This document shows, one piece after another, positions 1 through 9,295 of a stretch of 64,000 bases of DNA. Origin of the DNA: Camelus dromedarius (Eukaryota); NCBI RefSeq assembly GCF_036321535.1, contig NC_087437.1:8246001-8310000 (forward strand), written 5' to 3'. The notes below the pieces were generated by a model. It was not told where the DNA came from and ran no database searches. It saw only the letters and a list, made by a program, of their open reading frames with translations. How positions within the stretch are numbered: position 1 is the first letter of the stretch; each line of letters begins with the position of its first letter. A program made the position numbers and the translations under genes.

Positions 1-120
1 TTTACTTATTTAATTTATTTATTTATTCGTTTTTTTTTTTTTTAACGGAGTCACTGGGGATTGAACCCAGGACCTCTTGCATGCTCAACAAGAGCTCTAC
101 CACTGAGCCGTACCCTCCCC
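1..120 (-). mobile_element. tRNA-Ala-derived SINE (Vic-1-like)
   Basis: minus-strand GGGGAGGGTACGGCTCAGTGGTAGAG...GGTTCAATCCCCAGT head plus A-rich tail. Confidence 0.85.
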
Positions 121-750
121 ACCAAGAGAGTCTCGTGACTTTGCCAGGAAGGCTTCACGTGAGAGGCAAAGCCTGCGCTGTTTGCATGGATTCCTCATCT
201 GTCTCCTCCCCATTTTCCCCAAGAACGTGGTTGCGTGGGGCTGCGGGGAGAGGGAACTGCCTAATAAGATGCAGCGCGGCAACTGAGCTGGTCAGAGTAA
301 CACTGAACACGTCCTGATTCATTCTGAGTCTCGTTAGCATTATGAGTCTCTGATTCCCTGAACTTTCTGGGAGTGCTTCGTCTTATCTTCACATTTTTTT
401 TTTTTTAGTTTCCTGTGTCTGGTAGCTCTTGTCTTCCTTGGGGCTGTGTTTGGTAAATATTTACTTGTGTTTTCCCTTTCAGCTTTATCTGTCCCTGCTA
501 GATAATCATTGTCAGCCTGGTGAGATAGACTCAGTGGGAAGGTGCTAGTGTGTTCTGTGTCCCAATACTCCCCTTAGGATAAAACATGTTTTTAAATTGT
601 ATTTTACTGGAGTGGATAAAAGTTACTGGGTAATTAGTGTTGCCTAGAAATGAAAATTCCAGGTCACGAGGGATCTTGGAACATTGTACTTCCTTTTTTT
701 TTTTTTTCTTTCCTGCCTTCAGTTATCCAGTCTGTAAATATGAAAAAACA

Positions 751-1198
751 TGAAAGCAGGAAAGAATTCAAGAGCAAGCCATAGGAAAGTGAAAGCGAGT
801 TTATTTAGGGAGACGCACATTCCCTCGGCAGAACGCAGCCTGTCTGAGCAGGGAGAGCGGCCCCGGGGTGCGGGGGTGGTGGGTTTGCGGACTGGGCAAT
901 TTCACAGGCAAGTGGGAGGATTATTTAGCTGTTTTGTGTAAGGGGTGGGGATTCCTAGGAATTGGGCCCCCACTCAGTTTTTGGCCTTTTATGGTCAGTC
1001 TGGGAGCTGTCAAGGCACCAGTGGGTGTGTCACCTAACAGCTAATGTACTGCAGTGAGCACATAATGAGGTTCAAGGTCCACTGAAGTCGAATCTTCCGC
1101 CATCTTGGGCCTACTTGGCTCTGACCCGTTTATGTCGTATCCTTGATGGCTGTGTCATTCTTCTGATGGCTGTGCCCTGCCCCCGCCCTCCTGTCTCA
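751..1198 (-). mobile_element. solo LTR, ERV1-like
   Basis: TG...CA ends; on minus strand a GC box, YY1-type CAAGATGGCGG (1097-1107) and AATAAA (~799-804); no clear TSD. Confidence 0.65.
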
Positions 1199-2076
1199 CG
1201 TGAGCCTTGCCCACCGGCCCTTTGGAAGCGGGTAGCTTCTGTTAGCCATCGTCTCTCTCTCAGGCTTCCTGTGTGTATGAGAAGGTCGCAGCATCAGCCT
1301 CCCTTAGCCTGGTGCTCCGTCTAGTTTGAAGTGTTAATTCTGTCCTCAGCTGGAGAGGATTTCAGTACTTATAGAGCAAAAAAAAGTAGGCAGTGTGATC
1401 TTCTCAGGAAGTTACTGCACTCGAGTGACCTTCCGAGAAAAGGAAATAGAGAACATTGATCTCACAAAAGAAATAAACACACCGATGATTACATCACTGT
1501 GTTGATTTGTCTGGTGTCTCAGAGAACGTCCGTTCTGATTTCTGAAGCTGCCAGAAGGAAAGGGCAAAGGAAAGATGCCAGAAGTCACAGAGCCATCTTT
1601 GCTCATAAGGTGCCTTTTCACAACTGGTCGCTGAGTGGTGCCCTTTAGAATTGCTTCGGGAAATATGACGTAATAAAGATCTGCTCCGACTGGGCTTGAC
1701 CTGTGCTTGGTATGATTGGGAAATCCTATTATCCTATAGCAATTAACGTTGAAGAACAGAATCTTCTTCCTTAGTTAGCTGAGCAGATTGTCCCCATTCT
1801 GAGCTTGTAAACACACATGAATGCCCAAAGGCAGAAAAAGCCTTTCTCAAGGAAAAGCCAGCTTAGTTCCCTTTTAAATTTCTTAACAAGCTATGAATAC
1901 AAATACCCTTATTTGACAATATATAACCAGGAATGGAAAGAAAAGGGACATATCCCTTGACCTGATGAATCTGAGCCACAAATTTCACCGAAATATAAAT
2001 TAAGATGTGCCTTCAGTTTGAACTAAAAGGACAGCTATTATAGCCTTATGCATGATATTAAAAAACTAGAAAAAGC

Positions 2077-2204
2077 GGGGAGGGTATAGCTCAGTGGTGG
2101 AGTGCATGCTTAGCATGCACGAGGCCCTGGGTTCAATCCCCAGTACCTCCATTAAAAATAAATAATAAATAAACCTAATTATCCCCCCATCAAATAAAAA
2201 AAAA
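2077..2204 (+). mobile_element. tRNA-Ala-derived SINE
   Basis: A box TAGCTCAGTGG, B box GTTCAATCC, A-rich tail, TSD-like taaaaaactagaa (2059-2071 / 2205-2217). Confidence 0.92.
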
Positions 2205-2529
2205 TAAAAAACTAGAAGCAACCTAAATATCCCAGTGTAGGAGATAATTGGTTGAATTATGAAAACCTATACTATAATATTTAGTATGGCTATTAAAATG
2301 TATTTTCCATCATCTTAACATGGATAGAACGGAAAGACATTCTTAGCACATTATTAATGAAAAAAAGCAGGTCAGAAAGCAGCTCAATCGGAGGTTTTAT
2401 AATTTAGGACCAAATGACAAGATCCACCAGCCCATGTTCAAATCGCAGCCAGGAGCTGTGAGCTGGGGCTATTATTTAATATTATTGAATATATTAGATT
2501 AAATGTAATGTATTATTATTGGGGCATAT

Positions 2530-2635
2530 TACTGAATCTGCCTGGACCTCCAGTTTTCCAGCTCTGAAATGGAGTTAATAGTAGTATTTACCTCACAGGA
2601 GTGCTGTGAGAATTAAATGAATTAAGGCAGATGAA
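2530..2635 (+). mobile_element. MIR fragment
   Basis: cagttttcc...tgaaatggagttaatagtagtatttacctcacagg...gtgagaattaaatga, MIR core. Confidence 0.65.
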
Positions 2636-4275
2636 AATTTTTGCCTTTTTCTTGGCCGATTAACTGCATCCTTATTAGCTCCTGTTAGCATAGCGTTCCA
2701 GGACTCTCAGGGTTCTTCACTTCCAATGACAGACGTGAGCTCTGCCTAATTTACGTGAGGAAACAGTGTTTCTGAGGGTCGTGGGAGCTTCCACAAGCTG
2801 CAAACGAAGGGAAACCCGGCATCAGCCTGGTCCTGGGATCCCGGTGGCAGGAGTTCGTAGACCTTCTGTCTAGGACACTGGGTGGTCCAGCTCCAGCTCC
2901 CTCGGTCCCTGGGAGTGTTGGCTCAGGATTTAAATCCTCACAGGAGGGGCCCTGATGAGCGCAGTTATCTGTCACTCGTCTGACCTTGAGTTTCCCTCTC
3001 CAAGAACCAGCTGGAGGGCTGCCAACACAGAAACGGCACCACACATGTAACCTCATTTCGTTGGTGCAGGTAATGAAACGTATGCTGTACTACATACGAA
3101 CAGGAGAAGGTCTGGAAGGATGTATGCTGAGCTGCTGACGGGAATTTTCTCAGGATACTGGGGTTACGGGCACTTTCAAAATATTTCCCCCCTTTTCCTT
3201 CCTTCCTTCTCTGTCTTCAAGTCTGCTTCCTTAAAACTGAAATGTCTGCACATTTTCAAGTGATCTTAGGGTTATCGCCGGAATGCGATAGTTTATTTCT
3301 TGGTCTTAGTGTCAGGGCTCTAGGACACATTTTCCTGTGATTATGTCTCCCTCCTCTACCCTTAAAAAATAATTTTTTATTGTGGAAAATTTCACACATA
3401 CATAAAAGTAGGAAGCATCGTTTAATAAACAGCCTTGTATCCACCACCCAGCCTTGACAATGGTTCACGTCTAATTTCCTTCCCCTACTTTTTTTTTTTT
3501 TGCCCAAGTATTTTAAGCAAGTTTCAGACATCTTTTCTTATTCATGCAGATTGCTGCTTAAATCTTACCAACAAAATAGAGGTTGGGGGAGTTCTGTTAA
3601 GCATCAGGCAAGCTTGGATTCTCAAAAACGTTTCAGTTTGTGGACTTTGTGCCTCCTCCCAGTCCCTGCTCCGAACATGGTGATTTTAGTCTCCAGCGGT
3701 CATACACGTGTGTCAATCTATGTAACGCGCCAGGACTTGTCAAAACAGAACATTCAGGCCTATCGATTGAGAATGGTGTCTGTTCTGTTGATTTGCCCTG
3801 GGTAGCCTTTGGCCCAGCCAGGCACAGTCTTTTGACAGTGAGCTCCGGTTTCACGTGGTCTCCTGACAGCTACTCCCATCTGGCTGTCCTTGGCCCGCCA
3901 TCATTTGATACTCCTCTGTGTCTCCTGGTGTGAAACACAGGGCTGAGTGTCATCAAATGGAAAGAACATTCCGCTGCAAGCTGGGAGATAAGAATTCCAG
4001 GCCCGGCTCAGCGGTTTACAGGTCCCTTCACTGTTTTGCCGTCCATTCATATCTTCATCCGCAGAATGAAACTGTTCTCCTGGACCTCTGCTGTCCAATA
4101 CCATAGCCACTTGCTGAGTTTGGTAATGAGCACTTGAATGGTAGTGAATCCAAACTGAGATGAGCTGTAGCTGTGAAATATAGGCCAGACTTTGAAAGCT
4201 TAGTGTGAAAAAAGAAGCTAGTGATTACATGTTGAAATGATACTCGGGGTGTATTGGGTTAATGAAATATTATTA

Positions 4276-4391
4276 TTTTTTAAGTAATTATTTTTATTGA
4301 AGTACAGTCAGTTACAATGTATCAGTCTCTGGTGCACAGCATAACGTCCCAGTCTTGCATACACATACATATATTTGTTTTCATATTCTTT
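4276..4391 (-). mobile_element. 5'-truncated L1 3' end
   Basis: ttttattgaagtacagtcagttacaatg L1 tail; TSD-like atgaaatat(at)tatta on both sides. Confidence 0.75.
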
Positions 4392-4488
4392 ATGAAATAT
4401 ATTATTAAAATTAACTTTACACTGTTTCTTTTTTCAGTGTTGCTACTAGGAAGCTTAAAATTACGTGTGTGGCCTCCATTATATTTCT

Positions 4489-5014
4489 TTTTTTTTTTTT
4501 TGAATCACTATGTTCTTTTTTTTAAACTTTTTTTATTGAATTCTAGTCATTTTACAATGTGTCAAATTCCAATGTAGAGCACAGTTTTTCAGTTATACAT
4601 GAACATACACATACATTCATTGTTACATTCTCTTTCGCTGTGAGCCACCACGAGATCCTGTATATAGTTCCCTGTGCTACACAGTACAATCTTGTTTATC
4701 TGCTCTACATTTTGAAATCTAAGGCTGTCCCTTCCCACCTCCCCATCCCCCTGGCAACCACAAGTTTGTATTCTATGTCTATGAGTCTGTTTCTGTTTTG
4801 TATTTATGTTTGTTTTTTTTTTTTTTTAAGATTCCGCATATGAGCCATCTCATATGGTATTTTTCTTTCTCTTTCTGGCTTAACTTCACTTAGAATGACA
4901 TTTTCCAGGAACATCCATGTTGCTGCAGATGGCATTATGTTGGTTTTTGTGGCCGAATACTATTCCATTGTATAAACATACCACCTCTTCTTTATCCAGT
5001 CATCTGTTGATGGA
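4489..5014 (-). mobile_element. 5'-truncated L1 3' end with 16-bp TSD
   Basis: poly-T, L1 3'UTR/ORF2 end; TSD cctccattatatttct at 4473-4488 and 5015-5030. Confidence 0.9.
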
Positions 5015-5545
5015 CCTCCATTATATTTCTATTGGAGCGTGCTGGCCCAGAATGTTCTAGTCCATTGTCTGAAATCATTTGATATTTGGCACTGGTATAA
5101 TCGAGTTCAGTTTACAAAAATTTGACAAAATGTCCTGCAGTGGGCCCCACACACTCCTCCTTACTTTAGTTTTAATTAAAATTCCTTATTTGGGGACTGC
5201 TTGTTGGAATGGTGATCTGCTTCTGTGACCAGGACGGGAGGAAACACACCGTTGTGATCAAAACACAGTTGGAATTTTTGTTGTCATTTTGCCCCTGTTT
5301 TGAACTATGATGGAACATACTGATTATTAAATTTGAATAGTGAATATATATTTTTTTAGTTTGATGTAAGTTTCTGATTATTTTTCAGTGTCATCATTTT
5401 TTTTTTCCTGATACACACACCTATTTAAACATTACAGAAGTGGAAACTGGTGTTCCTTTATTACTATGGTTGCCTCCGCTTACCTACTTATTTACAGTAG
5501 AAATTTTCCAAGGAAAGTAAAGACCAGCATGAACAATGACCCCAG

Positions 5546-5609
5546 ATCCCATGCTTAGCATGCACTGGTCCTAGGTTCAATCCCCGCACCTCCAAAAAAA
5601 AAAAAATTA
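5546..5609 (+). mobile_element. 3' half of tRNA-Ala-like SINE head plus poly(A), 14-bp TSD
   Basis: catgcttagcatgcac...ggttcaatcccc...cctcca then A tract; TSD aacaatgaccccag 5532-5545 / 5610-5623. Confidence 0.85.
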
Positions 5610-6699
5610 AACAATGACCCCAGTATGAAGTATGAAGGGCCTTACCAGCGCTTTTCTCACGGACAGCTGACCCAGCACCTCTCCTCCGGCCTTGGACACG
5701 TGCACAGCCCTCCCATAGTCCGTCATGCCTGGTCCCCATTTACACGTGTCCCCTGCAGATGCCACAGGCCGTAGCTCTGGGGCCGGCCAGCACGCGGGCA
5801 CAGCCGCCTGGGTCAAGTCTGCGTATTCCTCTTGGCTGGGGGACCTGCGTCTTCCTCCATCTTTTCTACTCTGATGTCAGAGCCAGGAGCTGTGAGGCTG
5901 GGACATCAGAAATTAAGGGGATAAACCTGGTGGTATTTTTCCTGCTGACTTGGGGTAAATTCTTACATTTCCTTGCTCTCCTCGGGTCTTGAAGCCCTGT
6001 TGCTTTTCTCTGAGCGCACCTCCTGCTGGCACAGCCCGAATCAGGCCACTCCCCTGCGTGCTGTGGTACCCCGCAGCGGCACCTGGAGTCCCCATCCCCA
6101 CTCTTGTGCACCTGGCTTCCCGAGAAGGTGCTTGTGGTCCAACCTGACCCTGTTCTCCTCTTCCACCCTCTGGGCATCTAATCATTCTCAGGACGGAGTC
6201 TGTCTTCAGCTGAGTGTGCGGGTGGCTCTGGCCTCTGTCCCTGGCCTTCCCCCCTCCGCCTGTGTTGCATTTTGCTCCCCGGGCTGCTCCAGCATCTCTG
6301 AGGGTCCCTCACACTTTCTCCCACCCCTGCCTTGGATATGGAGGCCACAGCTCCTGCAGGGCCTCTGCTGCTTTCCCCACGGGGGGAGCCCTGCCCACCC
6401 CCAAGGCCTGACCATGCCAGCCCGTGGTGCAGCGAATAAAGACCCCCTTGGAGCTGCGTCGCAGGGTTTCTGCTTGTATCATCTAGTTATTTGTATCCGC
6501 GTTGGTTTTCTGTACTGGACTGAGATGTAGGGCTGACTTTTCCTCTGGTTCCTAGTATGTCTGGCATCTTGGGCTTAATTGGATTGGGAGGTGTTCATTG
6601 AATTTGGTAACACTGACAAAACAGCTGGTTGCATTTATTTATTTGAAAGCTTTTGTGGTGTTCGATCGGGACCTCATGTAGGTGCCGTTGATGGTGTTC

Positions 6700-7230
6700 T
6701 GCCCAACATAGGCGCCACCGGCCACGTGTGACCGGCGAGCACACTGGAAGTGTGGCTGCACGAACTGAAATGCGTTGCCAGTGGAAAATGCATACTGCTC
6801 TTGAAGCCTTAATATAATGAAAGAAAGTAAAATATTGTTTATACTGAGTACATATTAAGTGACTGATCTGGTATATATTAGTTTAAATAAAATTAGTTAA
6901 TTAAAATTAACTTCACCTACTTCGTTAACAATGTTTTTTATTGAGGTGTAGTCGGTTTATAATGTAGTGTTAGTTTCTGGTGTACAGCATAGTGGGTCAG
7001 TTATACATATATACACACATATATTCCTTTTCATGTTCTTTTTCGTTATAAGCTATTTCAAGCTATTACATACAGTTCCCTGTGCTGTACAGTAGGACCT
7101 TGTTTATCTGCTTTACATAGAGTAATGTGTATCTGCAAATCCTGATTCACCTGTTTCATTTTACCTTTTAAAAGTGGCTACTAGACTATTTAAATGTATC
7201 CATGTGGCTCACATTATATTTCTGTTGGAC
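6700..7230 (-). mobile_element. MER33-like DNA transposon with nested L1 3' fragment (~6930-7145)
   Basis: ends gtggctcacattatatttctgttggac; insert ttttattgaggtgtagtcgg...gtatctgcaaatcctg. Confidence 0.7.
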
Positions 7231-7964
7231 TGAACTCCCTGAAGGGTTCTTAATCTTAAACGACCCTTTCTCTCCAGTCCATGTCTCAGATCACTAACGA
7301 TGAGACCGCTTATAAATGATCAGCCTTTTGCACATAATCAACTTAAAAGGTGTCATGGAGGGACTTCTTTTGACCTTTTCTGGCCTTGACCTCAAATTCC
7401 CATGAGCAGAGAATACTAAAAAGACAGCTAGGATTTGAACCGCATACAGACCCTTCTTGGCGGGGGGGCCCTTTGCTTCTTCCTGGTGTCTGTGGCCCAC
7501 CCAGCTGCTGCCTGTTGGCCCGCGGGGCACAGAGGACCAGCCTGGAGCCGTGCAGCCAGAGCTCAGTGAGTGAAGGTCATGGCCCACAGAGACAGCGTGC
7601 CTCCTGTTCCCAGCGAGGCTGCCGCTGCGCCATGATTCTTGGCAGCAGGTGTTGGCAGGTCGCTCTGGCACCCTGGGTGTTTGCAGGTCTGACGCAGCAC
7701 TGCTCAGTGGCAGGATCCGCCCCGCTGGAGATATAGGCCAGCAGAGCCTCCCTGCCCTTGATGCACACCCGCCCCCCACCCCGTCCCCGCCCCGCTGTCC
7801 GCACGTGGTGGCTGACCCCCAGAAGTGTGTTTTCCCGCAAGTCAGGGGTTGGCCATTCTTGGTAATTCTTTCAGTGCTTTGCACCAGGCTCTTGGAAGGT
7901 GATTTGAAGTGAAAGCAGAGTCCTTCACCTTTGATGATCAAATTCCAAGTGGAAAAAAGGTTTT

Positions 7965-8432
7965 TTAAAAGACTTTATTTGGACGTAATTTCTACCTTAC
8001 GGAAAAGTCTTGAGGATAGTAACAAGGAACAGCCCGTGTGTCTTTTGCCCAAATGTACCAATTGGTAACATTTTGCCCTGTTTGCTTTGTTATTTATTCT
8101 CCTATGTGCCCCCCACCAGACTGATACCATATATGCGCGTCTGTGTGTGTATTTGTATGTGTTATACTTTTTTCCTGGACCGTATGAGAATCGGTTACAT
8201 TTATGTTGTGGCTTTTCCCTCCTAAATACTTAAGTATTAACTTTTCTAAAAATAAGGATATTCTTTTACATAACCTCAGTCTAGTTACCGACTTCAGTAC
8301 ATTTTAACGTTGATGTAACGCTTAATCTGCTGTTTGTATTCCAGCTTTACTATTAGTTGACCTCAGAATGTCTTTTAGGGCATAGTTTCCTCTCCACTAA
8401 GCATCCAGTCTAGAGTCACATACGTATTTAAT
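7965..8432 (-). mobile_element. old L1 (L1MC-like) 3' fragment
   Basis: aacattttgccc...cctaaatacttaagt...aataaggatattcttttacataacc motifs; resumes after ~9295. Confidence 0.55.
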
Positions 8433-9295
8433 TGTCATATGAAAGGAAGACACAGTTTGTCTGCTCTCCTCACACCTACCGCTTCCAGACGCTTCTGACA
8501 CCAGACGTGTGGAGTTTCCACACCGAGCAATCCTCCAGCTCTCCAGCGGACACCGACTGGGCGGCCTACGATTTAGCTCAAGTCTGCCACTATCTGCCTG
8601 TAGTTAGTGCAAACCCCACAGGGTGAGGGCTCGGTCTGCACCCTGCCCCCGCAATGCCAATTCCAAGTTCAAGTTATCATTCACACTTCTGATTGACTTG
8701 CTGCAAATCAGAGATTCCTATGACCCCTCCTTGGGTTAGATGATTTCCTACAGTGGCTCACGGAGCTCAGGAAAACAGGTAACATTGTAGACTTCGAGTT
8801 TGTTATAAAAGGATGCAGGTGACGAAAGGCCAGATGCGCGGAAGACATACGTAGAGTGGGGTTGGGGAGGAACATAGGGGCTTCTCTGCTCTCTCTGAGC
8901 AAGTCACCCTCCTGGTACCTCCAAGGGTTCACCAACCAGGAAGCTCTGCAAACCCCTTCAGTTAAGGTTTTTACGGAGGCCTCATTACATAGGCATGGTG
9001 GTCAAATCATTGGCTGTTAGTGATCAGCTCCACCTCCAGACCTGCTCCCCTCCCAGGGGTGGAGAGGATGGACTCACCTGTTTGGTTTCCTTGGCAACCA
9101 GTCTCCATCCTCAGGGCTTTCCACGAGTCCATTCACTTAGGTGTGGTTGAAAGGGGCTTGTTGTGAGTAACAGCAGACACTCCTGTCACCTTTATTGCTG
9201 TCATTACTGATGAGATGCCAAAGGTTTTAGGGAGCATTGTGCTAGCAAAGGGGACGAAGGCCAAATACATGTTTCTTATAAATCACAGCACCACA
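8433..9295. mobile_element. MER21-like LTR
   Basis: cttctgacaccaga...gtttccacacc...agcggacacc...ccccacaggg, ends ataaatcacagcaccaca. Confidence 0.65.

Larger units (their letters stand above)
4087..5045 (-). mobile_element. MER33-like hAT DNA transposon split by two L1 3' fragments
   Basis: ctgctgtccaatac...tagccac start and cattatatttctattgga end; nested L1 pieces. Confidence 0.75.

Noticed and set aside
2077..2151. Genuine tRNA-Ala genes (this and ~22 similar copies)
   Set aside because: Dispersed, mutually diverged, A-tailed and TSD-flanked, with stem mismatches; these are SINEs.
5973..6530. 185-aa plus-strand ORF
   Set aside because: Pro/Ser/Cys-rich with no recognisable homology or exon context.
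7294..7941. 215-aa minus-strand ORF
   Set aside because: No recognisable domain, non-ATG start, GC-rich intronic sequence where chance ORFs are common.
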